Assembly (NCBI RefSeq): GCF_030435755.1
Contig: NC_080837.1
Coordinates: forward strand, 45,011,563-45,075,562
DNA length: 64,000 bases
Origin: Ochotona princeps
Taxonomy: Eukaryota
Direction: 5' to 3'
The notes under the pieces are model-generated. The model ran no database searches and was not told the origin of the DNA. It worked only from the letters and a program-made list of their open reading frames with translations. Position 1 is the stretch's first letter. Every line of letters begins with the position of its first letter. Positions 39,376-50,843 of the stretch are shown here, piece after piece. The position numbers and the translations under genes were made by a program.

Positions 39376-39679
39376 AAAAAAAAGGATTCCTTCAGTATTT
39401 CAACAACTATCTACTCTATTTCATTCCACTTGCTACGATCAAACTTCAGGAAAAACAGCCTAGGCAGTGAAAGGCTACAAGTTGCACAGGGGGCCTCAAC
39501 CCACAACAAGCACAAACATGACAGCAAAGAGACCAGAGAGAGCACAGACCCTGATGGCATCCCAGTGACAGTGGAGGGCAGCGCTCCCTAGGGCTCACAG
39601 GACAGCAAAGGGACCACAGAGAGAGCACAGACCTCGATGGCATCCAAGTGACAGGCATAGGGCGGCGCTTAGGACTTAC

Positions 39680-39812
39680 CCACTACTTCCTCCATCTGCT
39701 GCAGGGTCTTCTCCATCTCCTCCCGCACATCCTGCGGCTTCCGTCCGGCATCCTCCACACTGTGTGTCTCAAAATAGCTGTCTCGAAACGCATAGAGCTG
39801 ATCCACCAGTTC
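39680..39812 (-). CDS. TTC5: TTC5 coding exon 2 ([45 protein letters not shown])
   Basis: Acceptor ccttag / donor gtaagtcc on the minus strand; 133 nt, phase 0 to 1; matches human [46 protein letters not shown]. Confidence 0.8.
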
Positions 39813-40367
39813 CTAAGGAAGAACGTAAGGAAGTAAGAATGGCGACACTAAATGGAGAGAGCAGCAGGCAAGAAAATCTGAAATCAGCTAGCAAGCTCTA
39901 GGCCAGGAAATACTGATTCTCAGGGAGAGCATTAGCAGCAGCAGTCAAAGTGCCACTTGAGGAAGCCCATGCTCTGCATGGGAGTGCCCGACGTGGGCTC
40001 CAGCCCCACTTCCACTGCGGCTCCCTCTGTGTGTGCACCCTTGGAGAAGCCCATGCTCTGCATGGGAGTGCCCGAAGTGGGCTCCAGCCCCACTTCCACT
40101 GCATGGGAGTGCCCAACATGAGCTCCAGCCTCACTTCCAGTTGTGGCTTCCTCTGTGTGTGCGCCCTTGGAGGCAGCAGGTAATGGATGCCTCAAGCACC
40201 TGGGTCCTTGACACTCACAACAAAAACCCGGACTACGTTCCAAGCTCCCTACTTCAGCCAGGCCCAGTGTTGGCTATTACAGGCACTTGGAGAGTGAATC
40301 AGAGGATAAAGATCTCAATAAGTTTGTCTCCGTCTCTCTGCCTTTTAAACAAATAATACAGGCCCAG

Positions 40368-41015
40368 CACAATGGCTCAATGGCTAAATCATCACCTTGC
40401 AAGTACCAGGATCTCATACAGGCACTGGTTCGTGTCTCAGCCACTCCACTTCCCACCCAGTTCCCTCTTTGTAGCCTAGGAGAGCAGCAGAGGATGGCCC
40501 AAAGCCTTTAGACCCTGTATCCACGTGGGAGACCTACAAGAAGCTCTTAGCTCCTGGCTTCGGATCAGCTCAGCTCCGGTCGTTGAGGCCATTTGGAGCG
40601 TGAACCAATGGATGGAAGATCTTCCTGTCCCTCCTTCCCTCTGTAAATCTGATCTATCTTTCCAATACATATAAATAAATCTTTTTTAAAGAAAAATTAA
40701 AATAGGGCCCGGCGGTGTGGCCTAGCGGCTAACGTCCTTGCCTTGAACACAGGGGTTCCCACATGGATGCCGGTTGTAATCCCAGCAGCCCCACTTCCCA
40801 TCCAGCTCCCTGCTTGTGGCCTGGGAAAGCAGGTGAGAAGGGCCCAAGCCCTTGGGACCCTGCACCCAGGTGGGAGATCCAGAAAATCTGGGCTCCTGGC
40901 TTCAAATCGGCACAGCACCAGCCGTTGCGGGCACTTGGGAATGAATCATCGGAAGGAAGGTATTTCTGTCTCTCCTCCTCTCTGTATATATGACTTTGCA
41001 ATAAAAAATAAGTAA
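40368..41015 (+). mobile_element. Two adjacent + orientation CSINEs (40368-40685, 40708-41015) in TTC5 intron 1
   Basis: SINE heads at caggcccagcacaatggctcaatgg and gggcccggcggtgtggcctagcggctaacg. Confidence 0.75.
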
Positions 41016-41749
41016 ATATTTTTTATAAATTAATTTATTAAAAAGTTTTTAAGCGTATGTCACCTAGGAATAGCACAACAGGTAGGTCGGCAGATCTATC
41101 AAGATGTCAGAGATCATAAGGAGAGAGTCAGTGACCCCTAGTCATGCCATGCCGATCTCTGACAGGACAGCTCTCCCGGCCGCAGAGGGCACTCCACGCA
41201 CCAGTCACAAGGGAAATTCTTTGCAACTTGGATTGAGCTGAAGGTTAATAAGACCATTCTACCTGGTTTCTGATCCCTGGAGAATAAAACTTTGAAATCA
41301 CATTTAAAACTGGACTTCCTAACAAAAACAAGTTTATGCTTAATTTTCCCTATGCCAATATCTGACAATACAACATCATTTTTGCCAGTACGACAAACAT
41401 GTCAGAAAGCTGTTTCCCAGCAGGAACAGGCCAATTTTAGGTTTCAGTGTAATCAGGAATTACATAAAAGACAGCAACCTGTTAACACCTGCCTGCCAAA
41501 TATAAAAGGTTTGTCTTAACCGAATCTACAGGCACACCTCAAACATTTTTGGTTTTATTGCATTGCTCAGACCAGGTTTTATGCACATACATGCTTATTT
41601 TATTACCCAGTGTATTCTTGACTGCATCAAGATTTCACGGTAAACAATATATTTTTAAAGGCGGGAGGGAAACACATTCACCTGGGGTCTAGGTGGAATG
41701 TAGACCGCCCCCTGCCTGGGACCCCAAATGGGATTAGTGTTCAAGACAG

Positions 41750-42400
41750 CCAGTGCTTTAGCCAGCACAGGGGCAGAGCAGGCTAGGACCGACTGCCGCC
41801 AATTTCAGAGCAGAAAGGAATTACTGGAGCGGCCTCTGCGGGGGCTCAGGAGAACGCGTAATAACAGCTCCTGCAGACAGCCCTGCCACGCGCGCGGACA
41901 CTCTAAGAATACAGTCAGCAGCAACGAATGCTCCTCCATTCGAGGCGGAACCGAGACCGGGCCGCCTGCAAGGTCCCGCTCGGTGCGGCCCCACGCCGGC
42001 TGGGAGGAGCGCCGGCGGCCCGCCGCACCGGGAGTTGTTATAGTAACCGCACCGACGCTGGCCGCGGCGCGGCTGAGAAGAAACTGGGGGGCCCCGCGCT
42101 GGCCGGGCCCCTGCCGCGCTCCGAGCAACACACCTACACACAGACTTTAACCGACGGCCCCACCTGCAATTTCTGGAAGATGCGCTTCACTTCCTCGTCT
42201 TCATCAGCCATCATTCCCCAGGAACTCTCCCCTTCTCCGCCCCCAACTTTAGAACCACCGAGACGCCACACCCACGCCCACACCGGGACCACAGCGACAC
42301 CTAGGGCTGTGGAGGTTTAGCCGCGCCCAGGGACTCGCTCCCAACCAATCCAGCGCAGAGATCAAGTTCATAAACTCATCTCTTTCCCAAATCCTGGAAT
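41750..42400 (-). promoter_or_regulatory. TTC5: TTC5 promoter CpG island / 5'UTR
   Basis: Very GC- and CpG-rich block (gcgcgcggac, ccgccgcaccggg, gccgcggcgcggc) spanning the first exon; TATA-less housekeeping-type promoter. Confidence 0.6.
42164..42214 (-). CDS. TTC5: TTC5 coding exon 1 (MMADEDEEVKRIFQKLQ); 5'UTR extends upstream into the CpG island
   Basis: Reverse complement reads ATGATGGCTGATGAAGACGAGGAAGTGAAGCGCATCTTCCAGAAATTGCAG followed by donor gtgggg. Matches the human TTC5 N-terminus MMADEEEEVKPILQKLQ. Confidence 0.8.
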
Positions 42401-45400
42401 CAAACTGTTCTCCCCTTAACCACATATATATCTAGTTTCATATCTTCCTACCTATTTACACTAGATTATAGTCTCCCTAAATAGTTAAGGCAGTGAACAC
42501 CTGTGTTACATGAAACTTTGGAAAATAGGGAATTGGTAAGTTCAAACTTTACCAAATTTGGCAGTAATTTTCTGAGTAATTTTAGCATCTCGAAGCTTTA
42601 TCCTTATACATCTATTACATTTGGGATAGAATTATGAAAGCCATCATAGTAATTATTATCTGTGTTCATAGAGTATACCCATGATGCTTAAGAAAAAAAA
42701 TTATATCTGGAGAGACATGGAGGGATGAGAGTTATGGGTGAGAAAAGATCATTCTTTTCACGGTGTACCCTTAAAAAACGACTTATTTTGAACGGACAGG
42801 GTTTACAAGGAGAGACAGAAAGATCTTCCATTCACTCCCCAAACAGCTGCAACAGCCAGTTGAGTAGATCCAGGCGCTTCATCTGAGTCTTCCATGCAGG
42901 TGCAGGATCCCAAGGACTTTGGTCCATCCTCCACTGCTTTCCCAGGCCACAGACAGGCAGCTGGATGGGCAGTGGAACAGACAGGACAAACACCAGCGCC
43001 CACATGGGAAGCTGAGGGCACAGGCAGAGGATTCGCTTGCTGCACCACTGTGCCGCCCCATACTAACTACTGCCCAAGAGTAGGCACAAGAGCACAAAAG
43101 GTACTTCCCAGTTGCTTATCAGATAAATCTTTCCCCCTTTTGTTTTTAAAAAAGGCAGAGTACACACACAGTCCCTCATTACAATTTATACTGTCGAGTT
43201 CCCCGTCTTTGTGGAAGCTGCAGAGGTCAGCATGTCTGGAATGCTATGGTTAAGCCTTGTCCTGGGAAAGCCACTGTCACAATCCTGCTATCTCCCTTGC
43301 CTTGAACATCTTGTGGAGTGTCTATAATTTAAAAAAAAAAAATTTTTTTTCTTTCTTTTGGGATCTCCCCAATTGAACTGCCAGACTCAACCTTAAGCAT
43401 GAAGATAGAGGACAGAACAAGTCAATCAACCACCTCAGCTATATGTTGCCAGTGAAAAACTGGGCAAACGGAGCCTCTGTCAGTCAGTGGATTGTTCAAT
43501 GACCTCATCATGCTTGGAATGGCAAGACTGGCAGCAATTCATAACTGGTGAACTATCAAAACCACTTCAGCAAGACCCTCAGAGCATGCTCCACATCAGG
43601 GACCTGGGGTGGGTGGGAGACTGGGTGGGGCTTCTCCCTTAATACCCCCTTTACCTCAGATACATGAAGGAAACAATGTGGAAATAATAATGTTACCCAC
43701 TTAACTGTAGCCCTTGAATCTTTTTACCCTAATTAACTATGTAAAGATTGTCAAAAATAAAATTTTAAAATGGAAAAAAGCTTAATTTACTTATTGCAAA
43801 ATCAGATATACAGAGAGAACAGAGGAAGATCTTCTGTCCAACGATTCACTCCCCAAGTGACAACAACCGGTGCTGAGCCGATCCAAAGCCAGGAGCCAGG
43901 TCTCCCACATGGTGCAGTGTCCCATGGCTTTGAGCCTTCCTCTACTGCTTTTCCAGGCCACAAGCAGGGAGCTGGATGGGAAGTGGTGCCGCTGGGATTA
44001 GAATCGATGCCCATATGGGATCCTGGCATGTTCAAGGTAGACTTTAGCCGCTAGGCCACCATGCCAGGCCCTAGTGTCTATAATTCTTAGTGTTTCTTTG
44101 TTAGTTGGATTTTTCTTAAAATTAATTTATTTTTATTGGAAAAGCAGTTATACAGAGATAAGGAGACAGAAAGATCTTCTACCTGTTAGTTCACTCCCCA
44201 AATGGCCAAATGGAAAGGGCTGGGTCAACCCAAAACCAGAACTCCATCTGGGTTTCCTACATGGTTATACCGGCCCAATACTTGGCCATTCTCTGATACC
44301 TCCCCAGGCATGTTTCAGCACATTTGCAGGGAGCAGAACTGAAGTGGAATAGCCAGGATTCGAACAGTGCTCATAAGGAAGCTGGTGTCCCAGCTCAACC
44401 CTATGCACCACAATGCCAGCCCCACTTTCTTAGTTTTAATTATAGCTTATTTGTATTTGAAGCCGATTCTGTGACCCTAACAAAAAAACAGGCCCCTGCC
44501 TGTGGCCTGGGAAAGCAACTTAGGATGGTCCAACCCTTTGGTACCCTGCACCCACATGGGAGACTCAGAAGCAGTTCCGGGCTCCTGGCATTGGATTGGC
44601 TCAGCTCTGGCTGTTGCGGTCCCTGGGGAGTGAATCAACGGATGAAAGATAATGGAGAAAAACAAGGAATAAAGCTTTTGGTAACATTATCTTAAAACCA
44701 AAAATATATTGGTTAAGTTTTCTATAACAAAAGTATATACCTAAAAAAGTAAATCCAAACAACAGCTGACATAAACAATTTTATTTAAAAATAACTGCAA
44801 ATAAATGAATAAAAATAATTGTAAAAAAAAATCAACCTTACAAATTAGCATTATCAATGTGAATTATTTCAAATGCAAATAGGGACTGAACATAAATGCG
44901 TCAAATTATACTCTCATTCACTGACATAAGTGCATGAGTGCAAACAAATTACTGAAAGCACATAAATATACATATATATAAATCAATATGTAATCCACCA
45001 TTTTCTGAGAACAAAATTTTCAAATGAATATATTGATAAATACCACAATATTGATATAAATGAACACTATTACATATTCACAATTGTAAAGCATAAATAG
45101 GATCCAAAGTGATAAGTAGAACACTAATACCTATATTCATATAAAGCCACAATTCAGTTAACAGTGAAAAAAAATAACAATAATGTCTTGTCTTCAATAG
45201 TGAAAACACAATAGTTCACAAGGAAATAAAGCAAACGGACTCTAAAGCATTTACCACAGGTAGAGTTTCTCACACATTGAAAATGGAAAGACAACTTCAA
45301 AGACTTAATAGCGCAGGAAGATTGCCGACTCCCTGTCTAGAATAAGGTCAATTTACTGGCCAAAACCACTGAAAGTGAATAGGGAGACATTCTATGAAGT

Positions 45401-45403
45401 GAA

Positions 45404-45606
45404 CTAAATTCTTTTCACTTTGAAGGCCCTACTGGAGATCTGCTGCTGCTCTAGCTCATGGTTTGGAGAGTTGAAATTAAAAAAGCTGTTGCTGGGTTCA
45501 GGTGCTGTGGGAGAACCCACAAAGAATGGTCTGAAGTGAAAATCTCCATCACCACCACCCTGATTTCGACCTGGCGTATTGTCCACAGGAAATTTGGAGT
45601 TATTCC
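45404..45606 (-). CDS. CCNB1IP1: CCNB1IP1 terminal coding exon (NNSKFPVDNTPGRNQGGGDGDFHFRPFFVGSPTAPEPSNSFFNFNSPNHELEQQQISSRAFKVKRI*)
   Basis: Acceptor tccccctag; TAG stop at 45404-45406; matches the human C-terminus. The three exons total 277 aa, the human protein length. Candidate polyA signal (plus-strand tttatt) near 44779. Confidence 0.85.
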
Positions 45607-47029
45607 CTAGGGGGAAAAAAATGAGAATTTTAGCAACTACTTCCTCATAAATCATCAAAAAGAAAAAGTTATTCAATATATACTCTGAAAGACCTCAACT
45701 GCCATACAATGTACAAAGTATACTACTACTGCATAACAAAAACATCATGAGTATCTCCCACTCCTTCACCTGACCACAACATATATTATACTTTCTCCTG
45801 CCATTTTCAATGAGTCATTATCTCACCACCAAAATAAAGCTCAGAAAAGAAATACATTTTCATTAGAGCCAAAATGTAAAACACACAGAACCTGGCACTG
45901 CAGTCCACTGGCAAAAATCCTCGCCTTGCATTCACCAGGGATCCCATATGGGCACCGGTTTGTATCCCGGTTGTTACACTTCCCATCTAGCTCCCTGCTT
46001 TTGGTCTAGGAGATAGTGAAGGATGCTCAAAGCCTTGAGACCCTGCACCCATAAGGGAAACAAAGAAGAAGCTCCTGGCTTCTGATCAGTTCAGCTCCAA
46101 CTGATGCAGCTGCTTAAGGTGTGAACCAGCAGATGGAAGATCTTTCCCTCTGTCTCTCCTTTCTGTAAATATGATTTCCTAGTAAAAATAAATATATCTT
46201 TAAATTAAACACAGAGGACTAGAGTTGTGGTACAGTGAGTTAAGCCACTGTCCACAATACTAACACACCATAAGAGCACTGGTTTGAGTCCCAGTTGCTA
46301 ATGTGCCTGGGAAAAAGCAGGAAAGGGACCCCCATATCCATGCAGGAGATTTGGAAGAAGCTTGTGACTCCTGGCCTCAGCTTGACCCACCCCAGCCATT
46401 GCAGCCATCGGGCAATGAACCAAATATATAGAAGAGCTCTTTCTCTTTCTGAAACTGACTACTTCAAATAAAAATACACATCTTTAAAACAATAATTTTA
46501 TTATTTTGTAGATTACTCTAGAGGAATCATCTATTATATATATTTACATTTATATGCACAAACACACAAGAATACTTCAAAAAAATCCATGGAGAAAAAA
46601 ATTTCAAGCAGGGACTATTACTATTTTGTTATGTTAAGCTGCCACTTGCCAATGTCCCTTACTGAAGTGCCAGTTCAAGGCTGCTCTGCTCCAAAGCCAG
46701 CTTCCTGATAACACTCCTGGGAAGGCAGCAGAAGAGGGCTCAATTGTCTGGGCCACCATCACTCATGTGAGAGACCAGGATGCAGTTCCTGCCACCTGGC
46801 TTCAGCTTGGCCCAAACCAGACTACTGCAGCACTTGGGGAGTATATGGAAAATCTGCGTATCTGTCCTCCTCCTAGGTTAGCTGCATCTGGGGAGTATTT
46901 AGAAAATTTGCATATCTGTCTTCCTCCTAGGCTAGCTGGCTCACCCTCTCTTTCTGTTTCTTTCCTTTCAAATAAAAATAAGAACAATAAAAATAAGAAC
47001 TAGATGAGATCTCACATGCCCCGTCTTAC

Positions 47030-47363
47030 CTAATGGGAAGCCAAAAATGCCAGGCTGTGCAATCATGGATGGTTCCAGATTGCTTTCTTGGTTAGCAATA
47101 GTGATATTTCGTAATCTGAGGCTATCATAGAGGCCTTGGAGCTTCTGATACTGGCGATTGCGCTCCATCAGTTTCTCTGAGATATCACTGAACTTCTTCT
47201 TGTATTCTTCCAGCACTTTCTTCATGGAGGTGACCTCCCCTTTCATAGAGGTCAGTTCTACATCCTTGCTCTGTATTTGTTGGGTATATATCTTCTCCAT
47301 CTGTTTCAGATGGCCCTCAGCCTTGCTGAAATTGTATTCCTGATAGAGACGCTCCTGATGTAC
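47030..47363 (-). CDS. CCNB1IP1: CCNB1IP1 coding exon 2, coiled-coil region (VHQERLYQEYNFSKAEGHLKQMEKIYTQQIQSKDVELTSMKGEVTSMKKVLEEYKKKFSDISEKLMERNRQYQKLQGLYDSLRLRNITIANQESNLEPSMIAQPGIFGFPLG)
   Basis: Acceptor cttggcag, donor G|gtaagacgg; 334 nt ending in phase 1; matches the human sequence. Confidence 0.85.
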
Positions 47364-47997
47364 CTGCCAAGAAGATTTTTAGAATAATGAGTACAAAGTT
47401 ATATACAACACACTATGCAAACACAAAAGGAAATTAAAGATGCTTAGATAAGGGTAATATCAGTTTAACATTTAGAACCAAATTAAGCAGAAGTCAGGAT
47501 ATACAATATCACCTTCTTGTCACATACACTGTGTGCACCTCCTCTTAGGTATGGGGAAGACGTAGGACTAGACACACCAAAGGTGATGTTGCTTCAAGAG
47601 TATATTACCAGGGCAGGCTTGTGGCACAGGGGGTCAAACTACCACTTGCAATGCCTGCATTCCACAGCACAGTGCCAAGTGAAGTTTCAGCTTCTCTACT
47701 TGTGACCCAGCTCCCTGCGGGTGCACGTGCAACGGCAGTGAGAGATGGCCCTTTGTACACAGGCCAGGCACCTATGTGGAAGACCGGACAGTTACAAACT
47801 CCTGACTTTTGCCTTCTAACTGGCCCAGCTCCAGCCGTCAGGCCATTTGGGGAGTGAATGAATGGATGGGACATTTCTCTGTTCCCGTATCTGTAATTCT
47901 TTCTAACTAATTAAAAAAAAAAAAAAAGATATTTATCCACTTTCAGGAGTTCAATCTTAGTAGACAATAAGTTGTTAATGTAATAGTAAGTGCTAAC

Positions 47998-48294
47998 CTG
48001 GTATGTCCAGAACGCCAGTGCGCGGGAACTAATGTCCAACACAATCTCCGGTCGCAGTCCTGCCAGCACCATAGCTTTGTATTCCTCTGAGGGACTGAGC
48101 TCCGTGCGGACAATATCTAGCTTCCCAGAAAGGGTACTGTTACAGGCAGGACAGATAGCTGGTGAGCGACTAAATTCTCCACTGCCATGCTGGTCACAGA
48201 AGATGTGAGAACAGGCCGTGACCCATGCATAACCTGAGAGTTTAATGCGACACTTGCGATAATTACACAGCAACATATCTTCACACAAAGACAT
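47998..48294 (-). CDS. CCNB1IP1: CCNB1IP1 (HEI10) first coding exon, RING domain (MSLCEDMLLCNYRKCRIKLSGYAWVTACSHIFCDQHGSGEFSRSPAICPACNSTLSGKLDIVRTELSPSEEYKAMVLAGLRPEIVLDISSRALAFWTYQ); the exon itself extends to ~48329 with 5'UTR
   Basis: Near-identical to human CCNB1IP1 residues 1-99; donor TACCAG|gttagc at 47998; candidate acceptor ctttgtag at ~48329 upstream of the ATG (48292-48294). Confidence 0.85.
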
Positions 48295-50057
48295 AGTAGG
48301 ATAGTGATTTCTCCAAGTTCTGAAGAGTCCTACAAAGAGGTAAATGAATGGGTCAAAGTGCAATGAAAAATAACAAATAAAACCTGCATGCTTTTGTTTT
48401 GCTATGGTAAGTGCAGTTATTATGATCAATCCATTATACTGATTTCAATTTCTCAAAAATACTAATTGTGCATCCTCTCTATGCAAAGCTCATGAAAAAA
48501 TTAAGGAAAACATTAAAGACATAGTTGGTTCCAAACCTTTTTTGAAGATTTGTTTATTTTTTCCTACGACACAAACTTATGACTTGTTATTCTTCTTTTA
48601 AGACTTATAATTTTTATCAGAAAGGCAGATAAACAGAGAGAAGCAGATACAGAAAGATCTTCCAAGCCAGGAGCCAGGAGCCAGCTCCAAGTCTCCCACA
48701 CGGGTGCAGGGTCCCAAGGCTTTGGGCTATTTACTGCTTTCCCAGGCCACAAGCAGGGAGCTGAATGGGAAGTGGAGCAGCCAGGATTAGAACCAGCACC
48801 CATATAGGATTGCTGGCGCACACAAGGCAAGGATTTAGTCTCGAAGCTACCACACCAGGCCCGGTTCCTAATCTTATTAAGGCCAGAAATAATAATGTCC
48901 TTGGAAAAAATGTTTAGGAACATTAACATTTCACAAATTTTAAAAAATGCTTTTTTCATTCTGTAATAACATCTGGGGTTGGTGTCATGGTTCTGGCTAA
49001 TCCTATACCTCCAAGCCCTGGGATCCCATAGGGATACCAGTTTGTGTCCCAGCTGCTCCATTTCCCACTTGGCAGCGGTTTATGGCCCAAGTCCTTGAAA
49101 CCCTGCAGCCTTGCCGGGAGGACCCAGAGGGCCTTGATGAGCTCAGCCCGGCTGTTGTGACTTCTGGGAAGTAACTAGCAAATGGAAGATCTTTTGTCTT
49201 TCCTCTCTGTAACTCTGCCTTTCCAATGAAAAAAAATCTGTAAAAATAAACAAATGCCCAATGTATCACCCATTCATTTTTTGTTAACTGTTTTAGTGTC
49301 ATATCCCACGCTTAAACCTAAAACTCCACATTATGGACTTCAACCTTTTTTTTTCATGCCAAGATGTTAAGCTGCATTTTAAAACTTGTTTTCATATATA
49401 CTGTTCTGAATCTTAACCCATTTTGCCCCCATTGAAAAACAGCAGCAAGCTACTAACATTTAATGGAAGCCGAGTTTACCCAAGTAAACCTATCGTGACA
49501 CCTAAAAATATGCACAAAAACTTGGATGTTCATTTATTACTTTGTCTTACTCCAATGCTGACTCCACCTAAAACAATTGTGAAAATATCACCTAAAAGCA
49601 GCATAAGCTTTTCAAAAAGGGTTCAACTTTCCCAGAGCTCTACTGAACAAATAGGTAACAATGTTCTAAACAAACCAAAAAGAAATCATCAATTATATAC
49701 CAAGAAAAAATATTGGCGTTTAACAGTGTCAGGGTCGCCGCCTGGATCCTAGGGGATGCCGACACCGACACCTTCATCCCCAATGTCAGCCTCCACAGGC
49801 AGGCCCTACCGGGCAGCATAAATAAAAAAGGGCACCGGAAAGGCATAAAAGCTGAAAATTTTTAAATCTGAGGCTCCTGTCGGGCAAAGCTATAACCAGT
49901 TCCAAATTTTCCACAGGACTGAGGAGTCAAGCTGCCTGGTTGAGGAAAAGTTCTAGAGACTTAAACCCACAGACTATCACATGCTAGAATTTCTGGCCCG
50001 TCCTCCGTTCCAGACAGAGAACAAAAGGAACAAATACACAAAAATAGAATACTTAAC

Positions 50058-50260
50058 CTGAAGAGCAAAAAAGCGCGGGAAAACGCCGTTGCCTCCACGA
50101 CGCCCGTGAGTCGCGCATGCGTCAACACTGACCACCCAGAGCGCATGTGCCGAGTGGCCCAGCAGCCTGACGGGTAGTAGGGGCGGGGTCGTCTCAGCCG
50201 CCATGGGTGTGCCTGCTCAGAGGCCGGCAGGTGCCCGCAAAGCCCTCAAAAGGCACAGTA
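50058..50260 (-). promoter_or_regulatory. CCNB1IP1: CCNB1IP1 5' non-coding exon within a CpG island (internal promoter or non-coding exon)
   Basis: CpG-rich block with a GGGGCGGGG Sp1 box; minus-strand donor ctcttcag|gttaagtat at ~50058; lies upstream of the first coding exon in the transcription direction. Confidence 0.45.
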
Positions 50261-50731
50261 CCCTTTCTTTCCGTGCATCTTTTAAGGCGCTAGTCTTCTG
50301 CACTCAAAGGGGAGACAAAGCAGCATACTTTGGGTGCTAGAAGGTACTTGTCGTAGGGGAGCCAGGGAGTTCTGACCCCCAAGGCACAGGGCGGGAGGGA
50401 GGCACGGGGTCAAAAATGCTGAGATGCTTACAATGGACAGCACTGAGCATCACGTGCTAGTCTTTCCTTTGCATCCACCTAGCGAGGCCCTGGGAATTGC
50501 AGACACTGTATCACACTACATCTGGCACACTTTGCTTTTCTTCGCTTCTATAACTGTGTAATCTATTAAGACCTGTTGTAAGTTAAAAATGAAGCTGCCA
50601 GGGTGCTTCTGGGTCAGCACAAAACACTGCGTGGGACACCCACACCCAGTATCAGACTGCCAGGGTTCAAGTTTTGGCTCCCCTGCCAAATCCAGACTCC
50701 TCCTGTTATCATGCACCATGGGAGGCAGCAG

Positions 50732-50843
50732 GGATGGTTGGAGCTGGGTGCTTGCCTCCCATGTAGGAGACCTGGACTGAGTTCCCCGGATGGTTGGAGC
50801 TGGGTGCTTGCCTCCCATGTAGGAGACCTGGACTGAGTTCCCC
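50732..50843 (+). repeat. Perfect 56-bp tandem duplication (2 copies) inside a SINE-like element
   Basis: ggatggttggagctgggtgcttgcctcccatgtaggagacctggactgagttcccc occurs twice back to back (50732-50787, 50788-50843) with no mismatch. Confidence 0.9.

Noticed and set aside
41728-42320. Several 100-140 aa ORFs in both strands
   Set aside because: They lie within the TTC5 CpG-island promoter. High GC content suppresses stop codons. They have Arg/Pro/Ala-rich low-complexity composition.
49423-49752. 109-aa lysine-rich plus-strand ORF in CCNB1IP1 intron
   Set aside because: No recognisable domain, no splice signals, AT-rich intronic sequence.
48300-50100. Search for the SNORD126 ortholog between the first coding exon and the 50.1-kb CpG island
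   Set aside because: No sequence here combines a C box, D box and terminal stem. The snoRNA was instead found further upstream at 54001-54077.
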